DNA from: Utricularia gibba
Taxonomy: Eukaryota; Plantae; Magnoliophyta
Direction: 5' to 3'
NCBI GenBank assembly: GCA_002189035.1
Contig: CM007992.1
Location: forward strand, 3,784,082-3,848,081
DNA length: 64,000 nucleotides
A model generated the notes under the pieces. That model did not search any database and was not told where the DNA came from. It saw only the letters and a list, made by a program, of their open reading frames with translations. Position numbers and translations under genes: made by a program. Below are positions 48,108 through 60,012 of this stretch, in pieces (the stretch's first letter is position 1; each line of letters opens with the position of its first letter).

Positions 48108-50012
48108 GTCGCTCAGGAAAGTGACGATTCTGCCGACCCAACTCGAAGTGAGGGGTTTTCAGCTTTTATCGATGACTTTTCTTCAAGGATTTCACCTATC
48201 GCATGGGTACTTTCCGAAAGAAGTGGATATATTGCTGTGTCTATTGTGTAAAATGATATCTCTGGGTGATTCTCAGGGCTTTCCCCCGTTGGGGACTCAC
48301 AATACTCCAGCGATGCAAACTGGGGTTGCATGCTCCGAAGCAGCCAGATGCTCTTTGCTCAGGTTTCACTTTCTGCTCTTTCAGTTTTCTTGCAAAATTC
48401 TCTTTTTTATCATGTATCTTTATTTTCGCGGTTGGGCTCAGGCGTTTCTATTCCTGAAAATGGGAAGGTCATGGAGGAAGTCTTGTGCCAAGGTATGGCA
48501 AGAGCCGTAACATTCTTTTGTATTATGGCTTCACCATGGTGGGAGATTTGATCGAATGGTCTTAGGTTATCGCTTCAACATGCTAGTAAAACAAGTTGAA
48601 CATTGTTTCTTCCCTTGACAGCCTTACGCCCACTTAAACTTAGCAACTTTTTGGTGATTCTGAGGATTCACCGTGTTCTATACATAATCTTCTCCAAGCC
48701 GGAATTGCTTATGGCCTTTCCCCTGGATCATGGGTCGGCCCATATGCCGTGTGCCGGGCTTGGGAGTGTTTGCTGCGCAATACAAATAGTGAAGTCTTTG
48801 GCTCATTGATGACCATACATGTGGTTTCTGGTGATGAAGATGGTGAAAGAGGTGGTGCACCATTTCTGTGCACGGAGGATGTATCCAGGCAATGCTATGA
48901 GTTCGGTAGGGGCCAAGTGGATTGGGCATCTATCCTGTTGTTGGGTCCTTTGGTTCTAGGATTGGAGAAGGTCAATCCAAGGTAAACTATAAATACTTCA
49001 AAATATTTTGTTGGCATTTTTTATCCAGAAGTTTGCTATATTCATGTCACTCTTTGCCGCATGTAGCACCTATTAGTGTGTGATTTCCATGAACCACTGC
49101 ACAACATGGAATCACATCAACATTTTTAATGTTGGAATTAGGCCTTTCTCAATGATCAAGGCTCACATTTTTCTGCTCTCTGGTGTCCTCAAAAGTACAT
49201 TAGAACTCCATTTAACAACTTCTGTGGAGTTTTTGTTGCCCTTTCATTGCTGATGCTCTCAGTGCAGCCCTTCTCTTTTCATGTTTTTCCTGATTGTTGA
49301 AGGAATACGGTAACTAAGAAATCTAAAAATTTTCTCGAGTGTTATCATTTGTAAAGTTCATACTTTCGCAGTTTGTTAGAAATAGACTGAATTTATACTC
49401 TACCATGGAATGTGCAGCCTGACTTTCCCTGCTATCTTTGAGATCTCCTGTTCTTGCTTTCAGGTGGTTCACATGAGGAAGGATGACATAGGTTCTGGAA
49501 TGTTGTCGTACCATCGCAAGTAGGTGATTCCTGCCTGTTAAATGGCGTCACGCAGTTGATTTAAAAAGAAAACTTTGATCCAGCAAACGTTGATATTTTG
49601 TTGGCACGTGATGATGCTTGTTTTGCAGCGTTGTCCGGCAAATGCCTCTGGATTCAATCGATTCATCCCTGGCAATTGGCTTTTTTTGCAGGGTCAAGAC
49701 AAGGTCACAAGAGTACGCAGGCTCCATCTTTAAAACAAAAAAACCTGAATATCATTTTTGATGAGCTGAATAGGTTGATGGTGTTTGTTGGTTGCGACAG
49801 GCGACTTTGATGATTTCTGTTCACGTGCCTCAGAACTCATCAAGAAGTCGAATGGTGCCCCACTGTTCACAATCCGTTCCTCAAGGGCTGAAAATAATAG
49901 TAATCACTGTATGGTGAATGGAGGAGATACCGCCACAATACCAAGTGATGATCCCGTTGAGGGACTGTGCTGCTTTGAACAGCCATATGAAGACGACTGG
50001 CAACTTGTTTAA
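48108..50012 (+). CDS. Probable multi-exon gene of unknown function (5-prime end not resolved)
   Basis: AG/GT-bounded open segments: 48108-48206 (VAQESDDSADPTRSEGFSAFIDDFSSRISPIAW), about 48440-48493 (...MEEVLCQ), about 48810-48905 (GGAPFLCTEDVSRQCYEF) and 49801-50012 (DFDDFCSRASELIKKSNGAPLFTIRSSR...LCCFEQPYEDDWQLV*). Confidence 0.45.
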
Positions 50013-50694
50013 ACCCATATGAACGAGCACTTTCATCTTTTCAGATGTCCGACGTTTTTGAATCAGGATCACGAGCTCAAAAAACTTCAGCAATGTTAAA
50101 ATCGAAACCAGTCAGAATACAGACAAGGCATCACCATTCAGATCCACGGCCATGAAATTTGTATTATTATAAATTGAATTCTTTTTCTAATAAGATAAAT
50201 AGTTATCCCAATTTTCAGGAATCAGCTAATCCTAATCGTGCAACAAACAGGGTTCGTAATTTGCCAAACTCAAGATGATAGAACCTTTTGTATTTTAGTC
50301 TCGGTCCGGAGCGAATGGAAGATGAATAGCATCACCACAGGCTTCTGATGCGGCTGACTGGTATGCAAATGGACAGGATTTCGCAACGTGGAGCCCCTAG
50401 AAACCTCAGAATACCCCCGTGCATTACTTGGTTCCGACGCTTCTCCCTTACGAGGCCTGTTTTCCAATACCCGCAAAACATCAACCCAAAATTCGTTCTC
50501 CTCTCATCATTCAGTGCCGACATTTCATCTCATCAGCTCATCATGGAAAAATGCTCACAAGGTGTCCTTATTGCCTGCCTGTGATTGAACATTTAATCTT
50601 TCACTTCGTGTATCTTTGACGAGCCATATTCGGTCGTTGTGATTTTTGTTTGTCTTTTATTTACTGGATTGGTGGTGAAGAAACTGAGTCAAGT

Positions 50695-51968
50695 ATGAAA
50701 GATCAGTTAAGGGGAGGCGACTGCAAGGAAACTTCTGCTGCCAAAGAAACCTGCCATATATCTGATATTTTACTTCCTCATATACTCAAATTGTGAGTGC
50801 GTGTTGTCATATTATGTGTTTTTTAGATGTTATTTGGGACTCACTTCCCGCAAGGTTTCTCATCATATCCTCACACCAGATGTTGGGATATAGTTGTGTC
50901 AGGTTGATCTTGGTCTGTACTCTGTAGCATGATTGAAGCTAATGACATGATGGGAGATTTGAAGCTGCATTTTATTTTCTTCTGGTTTAAGTAAAGTAAA
51001 GCCCATGTTTTCTTTCTTTGTTACGTATTTGCTGCCACTGATTTCAGATATGCATCTCGTGCTGAGCCTCAAGATTTTGAAATCTACGCACCAGAGGCCA
51101 CCTTCGAGGACCCGCTGATGCTTGGAAGGGGGTATGCAAGAAACCTTATAATGAGTTATATATCTTAAAACTGTGGGCAACTGCCATGCTTTTTGATAAT
51201 TTTTTTTTATCAGTAAAGGAACACAAAACCATGCTTTTCGATAATAATACGCCTATGTATGTGGGTAAATTTTTGTAACAATGAGGATCAGCCCGGATAA
51301 CGATGAGATTATTGTTTTCCTGATTTCTTGTCATAGGGTGAAGGAGATCAAGTCAGCATTCTATTCACTTGGCAAGGTTGAGAGGCCCGCGCTCATTTTC
51401 TAGTCAATAGCTAGTTCTTAAGCTTTATACGTGTGTTGTTTTCTGCTTCAGGTCTTCAGCGAGTCCAGAATCGTGGAATACACTGTCCAAGAACATGAAA
51501 CCTCACCTGGAAAGACAGAGGTAAAGAAAGGATTTTTTTTATATCTTTTTTGCATCGTTACAGTGGCAGGCACTCTTTAATCTCAACCACTAACTATGTT
51601 GTGCGACATCATTTACACTTGAATGGAGTCCAGATATTAATTGACAACAAGCAGTACTACAAGTTCCTGGGGAAGGACGTAGATGTGATCTCTCTTATCA
51701 AGATATACACTGAGAATGGGAAAATTGTTCGTCATGAGGACTTGTATGATGAAACGAAAACACTTATTCCAAGGTTTATTTGCTCTAATTTTAACATCTT
51801 TTTTCTCTTGTGTGTTACAATGTCTTAAACAGGTGGGACAAGAAGGCGTTACGGAACAAGGAAACCATTAAATCACCGCTCTTTGGCAGTCTCATGGAGG
51901 CAACAAAACGAGCATCTATGTTCGCAACCCATGCACTCATGAGGTTTGGGAAGGACCCACCCCTGTGA
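50695..51968 (+). CDS. NTF2/SnoaL-like fold protein (At5g04830-like)
   Basis: SDILLPHILKL|YASRAEPQDFEIYAPEATFEDPLM..G|VKEIKSAFYSLGK|VFSESRIVEY...|ILIDNKQYYKFLG...IVRHEDL|WDKK...THALMRFGKDPPL*. The true start may lie further upstream. Confidence 0.85.
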
Positions 51969-54286
51969 AGACAAAAGCCCCATAGGATGAATGCTTAACG
52001 TTATTGAGGTACACACATAAGTGATACGTAAACCTTTGTCGTTGAGATACATAAGATTGTTGTTATTGTAAGAATCAGTTTGTTTTCCCCGGTCTTCACA
52101 AGTAGTTGCCTAGCTCAACGTTAGCATTAATGAATAATCATGGAATGAGTGCTTTAGTTTTCCGTTTCTCTCTTTCTCCAGCTTGGTCTTTCGTGTGGAT
52201 GAATGCTTGACCGAAAGATCGAACATGAAATATCCCACAGCTAAGATAATCTCCGTCAACATAAAAAAAGGAAAAAAGATGACTAGCAGGGACAATATTT
52301 TCCAACCTGAGCAAGCCGGAAATACTTCTGAATTTGGAGGGTTGAAAATAAAGGAGAAGGTGGACATTCTTGTTCCTTTCTGTTCGATTTGATCATTTTT
52401 CTGACTGAGATCTTCTTCGCTTGCAAGACCCCGGCTCACGTGATCAGTTACCGTTTTCTTTGTGATTGAAGTCCATGTCAATGATGAATGTGAATCTCAC
52501 TCGATCATATTCGAGAGATCGGTGGCACTCTTCATATCTCTTTGCACAAAATCAGGATGCCAGAAAAAAAGAACCAGAGGGCAGCTCTTGTTTAGCTTTT
52601 ATTATATGAAATGGGGTACTGATGGAAGAAAAAGGGAAAAGAACTGTAGGCCTATGGCTGTGAGCAGATTTTGACAGGGCCTTCTCCATCTTTTCCTTCT
52701 TTTTTCTTAAGGATTCCTATAAAATGATTTATGTATGGTTACATTGCCTCTATTACCCACTGCTTACTTAAAGTCAAATCCTCGTGTTGTTGCGCACTGA
52801 CGCATACACGATGATCGATTGATATCCAACCAAGAACCATAAAAAATTGCATTCCGTAGCCAATGCTGTAATGCCGGTTCTAACTTAGTCATGAAATCAG
52901 CCGATGAAGAGTTATCTAGTACAAAGAACTACCATAAGTGGTAGCAGCTGCTCAACTGAAAACAGCCGATGCATAAACCCTTTGAGGTTTGTTTGGTCTT
53001 TTGCATTTGGATTAAGGATTTGTGCTGTAGATTTTGTGAATATAAATCACCGCAATCTGGTTTCATATCCTTCTTCTCGAACTTGTATATTGCTCCTTCC
53101 ACCAAAGTCTCCGTGGTGTCTATGTGTTTCGCTCATGACGACCATCTTCACTCATTTCTTACTCACCATGGAATCTAAAAGAGCCAACACACCACCATTC
53201 TCATATTTATTCATTCCGGACTCTGGAGCTGACAGAAGACAATGCTGATGTCAGAGATTCGCAACTTTGATGGCTAATACATGTGGCTGCTGCTACTGCT
53301 GGTTTTCAATGGAGACGCGGTGCTGGTGTGCCTGCAACGACGGCATGAAATTTCCGTCCCGAAATCTTCTCAGATTGAAAAAAAAAAAGGATTCCATAGT
53401 TTATCGATGGAATAAATGATTAATATAGTAATGTAAACTATTATTTGAATATAAACATGTATTGGGGTTACAAGTTTTATTCCAATGTGTACACGTGCAC
53501 TTGTATATAAATCGATCGCATATTTATAAGAATTTGGTGTGCGCAAAAATTATAAATAAATATCAAGCTACAGCGATACAGCCAGCCAGCAAGCATGTAA
53601 CAAATAAAATAATTATTATTATGTACTAAATAAATTAGTGTGGATCATTCCAGCATACCAGAAAATAGATAGATTCTAGGGCATCCCCGCCGGTTTCCTC
53701 GCCTGCTGCTCCTTTCTTTTTTCAGTTCGAAGGTGAGTTTTATTTTTTCTGCTTGATACTTCTCTTGAATCGATCTCTGCGGCAGGGATTTGTTGATGTA
53801 GTTGCTGTTGTTCGCCTGCCTATCCGCTTGCTTAATTTTGTTTGGTTATGGGTGGTGTTGTACCGGATTTGAATTAATTGAAAAGTATGATCCTCTTTTG
53901 GTTCTATGTTTCATCGAGAAAGATAGATCATAGCTCCCATGAATTGCTTAAGGTGCTGAGCTGAATGGGGCATTTTTTTTTTTTTTTGCGTGGATTTCTG
54001 TTATAGTGTAGTGGAAAAACTCGGCTAATTTTACAGCGATATATTGTTGTCCCGACGATAGCTTTTTCCCATCTCAACAAGGTGCAAAACCATACTTTTT
54101 CACTCATATATTTGAAATCATGCGCACACTAGAATAAATTTTATGTTATTGAAGATAAGTTTATCTGGGGCATATCAGTCGTTGATATGGGTTTCTTCCA
54201 CCACATTTGCTTTGAAAACTTGGTGTGTGTGTGTGTGTGTTTTTTTTTTTTTAATTCTGAAGTAGCATTTTCGGCAGGGCATCACC

Positions 54287-55600
54287 ATGGCGGAGAGTCA
54301 TGAGAATGATAAGAATATTGAAATATGGAAGATCAAGAAGTTGATAAAGGCTCTAGAGTCTGCAAGAGGAAACGGTACTAGTATGATATCACTCATCATT
54401 CCACCTGGTGATCAAATAGCACGTGTGACTAAGATGCTTGCTGAAGAGTATGGCACTGCCTCAAATATCAAAAGTAGGGTGAATCGTCAATCTGTGCTTG
54501 GTGCCATTACTTCTGCACAGCAGAAACTGAAACTGTATAACAAGGTTCCTGCTAATGGTCTAGTGCTATACACTGGAACCATAGTGACTGATGATGGAAA
54601 AGAAAGAAAGATGACCTTCGACTTTGCTCCCTTCAAGCCCATAAATGCTTCTCTATATCTTTGTGACAACAAGTTCCATACAGAACCTTTGACTCAACTC
54701 TTAGAGTCTGATGAGAAGTTTGGCTTTATAGTCATGGATGGAAACGGCACCCTTTTTGGCACATTAAGCGGCAACACTAGAGAGGTACTACACAAATTCA
54801 CTGTTGACCTTCCCAAGAAGCATGGAAGAGGTGGACAGTCAGCTCTTCGTTTTGCCCGTCTTCGAATGGAGAAGCGGCACAACTATGTGAGAAAGACTGC
54901 TGAACTGGCAACGCAGTTTTTCATAAATCCTGCAACTAGTCAGCCAAATATATCTGGCCTAATACTTGCTGGATCTGCTGACTTCAAGACTGAACTAAGT
55001 CAGTCGGATATGTTTGATCCACGCCTGCAGGCCAAGATATTAAATGTTGTAGATGTGTCATATGGAGGGGAAAATGGTTTCAATCAGGCTATTGAATTGT
55101 CTGCTGAAATTCTATCCAACGTGAAGTTCATCCAAGAGAAGCGCTTAATTGGGAAATTTTTTGAAGAAATCAGCCAGGACACAGGAAAGTACATTTTTAG
55201 TGTGGAGGACACATTAAAAGCTTTGGAGATGGGAGCTGTAGAAACACTGATTGTGTGGGAAAACTTGGACATTAACCGTTATACCCTCAAAAACAGTGTC
55301 TCCAATGAGATTGTGATTAAAAATTTTAATAAGGATCAAGAGAATGATTCAAGCAACTTCAAGGACCCAGCCACCGGAGCAGAACTGGAGGTTCAGGAGA
55401 AGAAGCCATTACTGGAGTGGTTTGCCGAAGAGTACAGAAATTTTGGGTGCTCTCTTGAGTTTGTGACAAATCGGTCTCAAGAAGGTTCACAGTTTTGCCG
55501 TGGTTTTGGCGGCATTGGGGGTATCCTTCGTTACCAGGTTGACATTCGCTCCTTTGATGAACCATCTGATGAAGGAGAATATGATGAGGATTCAGATTGA
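54287..55600 (+). CDS. eRF1: Eukaryotic peptide chain release factor subunit 1, intronless CDS, with a 5-prime UTR intron (about 53733-54277)
   Basis: 437-aa ORF with TASNIKS, YLCDNKF and GRGGQS motifs. Confidence 0.98.
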   Translation: MAESHENDKNIEIWKIKKLIKALESARGNGTSMISLIIPPGDQIARVTKMLAEEYGTASNIKSRVNRQSVLGAITSAQQKLKLYNKVPANGLVLYTGTIVTDDGKERKMTFDFAPFKPINASLYLCDNKFHTEPLTQLLESDEKFGFIVMDGNGTLFGTLSGNTREVLHKFTVDLPKKHGRGGQSALRFARLRMEKRHNYVRKTAELATQFFINPATSQPNISGLILAGSADFKTELSQSDMFDPRLQAKILNVVDVSYGGENGFNQAIELSAEILSNVKFIQEKRLIGKFFEEISQDTGKYIFSVEDTLKALEMGAVETLIVWENLDINRYTLKNSVSNEIVIKNFNKDQENDSSNFKDPATGAELEVQEKKPLLEWFAEEYRNFGCSLEFVTNRSQEGSQFCRGFGGIGGILRYQVDIRSFDEPSDEGEYDEDSD

Positions 55601-57170
55601 GTTTTCCCATGCCCATCTCAACCATGTAACTGTTCCCGTCAACATGCTGGGCGTTGGTTTGTGCTTCATATATGATCAATCCGATGCATCTCTTGGAAGT
55701 GTCTCAGATTTAAAATGATGCTTTTCTTTTTCTTTTTGAACGCTATGCGATGCTCAGCCTTTCTTGTTTATGCATCATGAAATCTTGACCAAATTTATTC
55801 AGACTTTATATTTTGTGCTGCAAAAAATGACAAATGTTGAGATTATTTTATGCAAAAGTAAGAAGCAATGCCTGCTGATTCTGGATGTGCTCATATATAT
55901 GGTGCTCCAGTTTTCTGTTCATGATGTTCGTAGTTTTTAAAGGCCTGCTTATCATCTCATCCTTGCAAGATGGAGGAGGCTATCTAGTGTTCTGGTGTAA
56001 CAGAGGGCAAGCGTCAGAAAATGGAGTCTATATTCTTGTTTTGTTTTTTTGAGAGTCCAAAATTTGAGGTATAGAACTGATTCGTCATGCCAACCAATCT
56101 CAAAGCGAGCCAGACTGAGTGAACTCAGCAACTGTAACTGGTTTTCGTGTTTCGCTGCAAAGTAGTATTCACGAGAAAAATCGAAGCGCTATAGACAAAA
56201 GAAGCTAGAGACGTGCCCCTCCGGAGTAATTGTTGGCAACCTACCGGTGTCATGGCTATTTTAAATATTAACATTTGACTAACCCACCGTCATGCAGAAA
56301 CTATCAACCCATGATTCGAGTTCCTATTCATATGTAGGTACCATCCCAAGAGATGTTCATTCCCAGTCTCCCCAAAGCCTATGAGTCTTCTCCATTTCTT
56401 GCACAGTAATCTTGAAGACCAAATAAGGATTTCCAACACTGAGGCCAAAATTCCCTTCTTAATGAACCTCAAATCAGAAGAGGAATAGGAACCTGCTACG
56501 ACTACTTTTTTTTCTATTTCTACTGCTTCTTCTTCCTTGAGGATGGAGGAGCTCCTCGTGTTCCCTGGCTCAAAAAGCTGCCTCTCTGATGACCTTCATT
56601 CGCGGATGATTGTATCCACTATCCAGAGGCACTGACTAGATGAGTTCTTCCTCTTCATTCTTCTTGTTAACACTTACAATACCATACATTGGCAAGTTAC
56701 TGCTGGAGGAGGGTCTGGTGATGCAAGAATCAGAAGTTTCTTGATCATCTGATGCTTCAAACAAATTCCTGTCGAAAGTGGCTTCTTGCCTTCACTGGCT
56801 CGAGAGTAAAGGATTTCAGGAATGTTGTAAGTGGCTTCATGCTTCAAACATGGTCACGCTCTTCATTTTCATGGACATCTCCTTCCTACGTGTCTTCTGT
56901 TTGTTCTTGTGGAAGGGTATCAGTTGGAAGTAGGAGGTTGTGAGGATTGTGATAGTAATGTATATTTGTATGTGATAACAAGAGAACAGACGAGAAGTGA
57001 AGAGGAGGATGGTAATCCATAGGGCATCATTTTATGTATCTGTTAAATCAGTGAATCAAGACAGTATCGTGTTGGTGCAGAATCACTTGTGACCAGGCGA
57101 CTGAGAAGCAGAATTCTTATGTGGATCATTTGATGGATGACAAAGAAATACATTTTTTATGCCTAATGAT

Positions 57171-58202
57171 CTAATATAACCTTGCAATTTGTGGACTGCA
57201 AAAAACCAAGACTTCAGCAAGAGTGGCTTTACGATCATCCCCAAATACAGATTCCTTCCCATCGGGCCTTTTGGCATACGAAAGTCCCAGTCTAGACTTA
57301 GCCTGCCTTAGATCTCCCACCCCTGAATTTGTATCCGGGCCGGTGAAGCCACCCATTACCGGAGACAATGGTGGTCCGATGAGTAGTCCGTCGGCACCAA
57401 ATTGTGGTCCTCCTCGAGCGTAATCGAAGAGTGCGGCGCCGCTGCCGCCTACTTTGGGCAAGACGATGGGCTCAATATGGGCTTTGGAGGGCCAATAGAA
57501 GAGAAACGCATCAAATGTATCGTAGTAGTCATCTGTGCTACGGTAGCCTTCAGGATTGAATGCACCGAACTTGAGGGCTTTCATGTGTGTGTAGCAAATG
57601 ACGACGCAGGGCCCTTTGAAATCGCATCTGTCATGGAAATTTGTGGCACTGAAGCCATCGACAGTGGCCTTGTAACAACACTTGAGCTCCCTGCCTGGAA
57701 AAGGTGACGGATTTTCTTACAATGCATTTGATGAGACGAAAATAAACCAAGAAATGTACTGTGATGTGTATGGATTTAGACGTTTAGTAGCACCAACGTT
57801 GGCTTAATGTAGCCGTGAATCCTTCCTAGAGTTTCAAATGTGTGTAAAAAGGCGATTAGAAAAAGCAAAGGCAAAAGCATCACCCTTCAAGAATGTTTTG
57901 GAGACGAGAGAGGAAGGAAACTGAAGATCTGTATCATGGTGATAGCCTGGTTCTGGTGCTGGTTGCCTTGTACCTACGTCCCAGTTGAACATGGACCACC
58001 TTGTGGATGATTTCTTCCACAGACCAGGATTCGGAATAGATAAGCACTTGATCATGTTTACGTTTTCCTCGTAACCTGGCCGTTTTTCGTTAGACAGCAA
58101 ATACCACACACAAAATCTGCTAAACGAGTGGTGGATGATTGTGTTTATATTCTGAAGGATAAGCAAGCCTCTGATCTGATCCTGTGGTGGTGAAGTGTCC
58201 AT
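57171..58202 (-). CDS. TLDc-domain protein, probably plastid-targeted (At1g32520-like), 2 exons
   Basis: Exon 1 ends at 57884 (TFLK|G). Exon 2 57694-57171: [20 protein letters not shown]...CDFKGPC...[27 protein letters not shown]...[10 protein letters not shown]. The start codon is uncertain (58202 or 58055). Confidence 0.88.
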
Positions 58203-58644
58203 GACAGATATCGTGGGGAAATTTGAATTTCACGCCTCTCTTAAAGCTTCTTCTCTCTCAAACACATTAACTCAACAATACAACTGACAAAACTGCTGGG
58301 CATCCTTAAAACAAAAAAAGAAACAAAAAAAACTTGTCGGCTACGACAAACATCTTCACATCGGCTCTGAGAACTCCCAACCCAAAAAAGAAATAAAAAG
58401 GAAAACTAAACTTCTAGATGGAATATTGCCTCAAAACTAGTTTATCAATCAAAACAACATGAAGACTTACCCGAAGGTCTCCTTTATTTTTTGTATGATG
58501 GCACTATTTTTATTTCTTCTTATTAATCTAAAATACAATATGGATGTTAGTCTTGGAATTCCATGTTGTCTGTGGGTACAATGATAGCTTGTTAGTGCGA
58601 GAAATAATAATATGCTTACATTCAACTCAACTAACCTTCCCAAT

Positions 58645-59262
58645 TCATGGAAGTTTTCTGGTTTTTTTGGACTCGTCTCCGACAGCAGGGAGATTGAGGT
58701 CTAGTGACAACACTATTTTGCGTTTGTTAGCCTCGAGGACTGGCTGTTGCTGGTGATCTATAGCCCTTGGATCAGGTCGGATGATAATGTTGTTGCCTCT
58801 ATGCTTCCTCATGTGTCCTCCAAGGGCCTGACCGGATGAGAACTCTGCATCACAAAATGAGCACTCGTGTATCCTGGAAAACTTAGGCCTCGAGGAAAAG
58901 TTACTCAGTTGAAGAGAAAGAATGGAGGGTCCAGGGGAATAGTTCTCCTCATCTACAGCCCGAAACATTCTCCTATCATTCTTCGACTTGTTGTGGCTAG
59001 TGCGGTGACCCCCAAGGGCCTGAAAGGAAGGGAATGCCCGCCCACATGTCTTGCATGTATACGTGTCTTCACATTTTGGACCCTGCGACAGGAGGATGAG
59101 GCTTTGGGCTGTGTCAACTTCGGTGGATGTGGTGTTCTCAATCTCAGTCTCCTCCAAGGCGCTAACAGGGGAACACCTCTTTCCGTTGGCGATGATGGTA
59201 GAAGAATGGTCCCCATCATCATCATCTCCATCATCCCGAGGCAATATGGCGATTTGATCCAT
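58645..59262 (-). CDS. ZAT-type C2H2 zinc-finger repressor (two QALGGH fingers, C-terminal EAR motif)
   Basis: CKTCGRAFPSFQALGGHRTSH, CSFCDAEFSSGQALGGHMRKH and LSLDLNLP. Confidence 0.93.
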   Translation of the reverse strand: MDQIAILPRDDGDDDDGDHSSTIIANGKRCSPVSALEETEIENTTSTEVDTAQSLILLSQGPKCEDTYTCKTCGRAFPSFQALGGHRTSHNKSKNDRRMFRAVDEENYSPGPSILSLQLSNFSSRPKFSRIHECSFCDAEFSSGQALGGHMRKHRGNNIIIRPDPRAIDHQQQPVLEANKRKIVLSLDLNLPAVGDESKKTRKLP

Positions 59263-60012
59263 TTCTCCTCTGCCAGCCTAGCATCATCACCCATGATCAC
59301 CATAAAAGAATGGCCATGATAGGATGTCAATTTGTTAATATTCAGAGGAAGAGCGGGATGTAGTGGGAGAGAGGAGGAGATAGAAAGTAGGATTTGATAA
59401 ATAAGCAAGGCAGGAGGCAGAGAACAAGAGAAACTGGCGTGGCAGTGTGGGGTGCTTATTCAACATAATTAGTGAATGCGAGAGGTTTTTCAAGTCAAAT
59501 GAGTATATTTTTCCGACCTAAATATAGTCGATAATCAAATTGACAGAACCATATATACTAGTAGTTCTCATCCCCGTATAATAAAACTAAAGAACCACTT
59601 GACTCGCAATTCCAAAAAAATGTTGATTACGATTACAATGTGGAAAAAAAGCCTATAAGCTTATACATAGTTTTTGCATTCATGCGACGTGATTTTTTTT
59701 TTTTCGCTAGACGTTTAAAATCTTGGATTAATTTGGCAACTTTCATTTCATCCCTGGAACCCCAGGGCCCAAACTCCCTTCTCTTTCCCTCTCTATCGCT
59801 TTTCTTTCTGGAGGCGAATCAAATGAAAAGCTCGCACTTTCAGCAAGTCTTCGCAGATCTCTTCCTTTTGTCCACCCTATTTTTAAGGACTCACTTCCGA
59901 AAAACCGCGAGAGCCTGGAAGGCTCTTTGCGTCTTCTCCTTCTTACTCGTAGGCCTACAGCGTAGGCCCTGCTCTTTATAAAGAAGGAGAAGGTTTTTTT
60001 ACAACTTCAAGG

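Noticed and set aside
52100-53400. Exon-like fragments on the minus strand
   Set aside because: Could not assemble a consistent spliced frame or recognise a family.
55598-55690. Possible eRF1 stop-codon readthrough/NMD autoregulation as described for plant eRF1-1
   Set aside because: The stop context is TGA-G, not a typical leaky context, and I could not identify a 3-prime UTR intron.
56290-57020. Purine-rich, partly open minus-strand frames suggesting a decayed gene
   Set aside because: Multiple stops, and no family could be recognised; tBLASTx would be needed.
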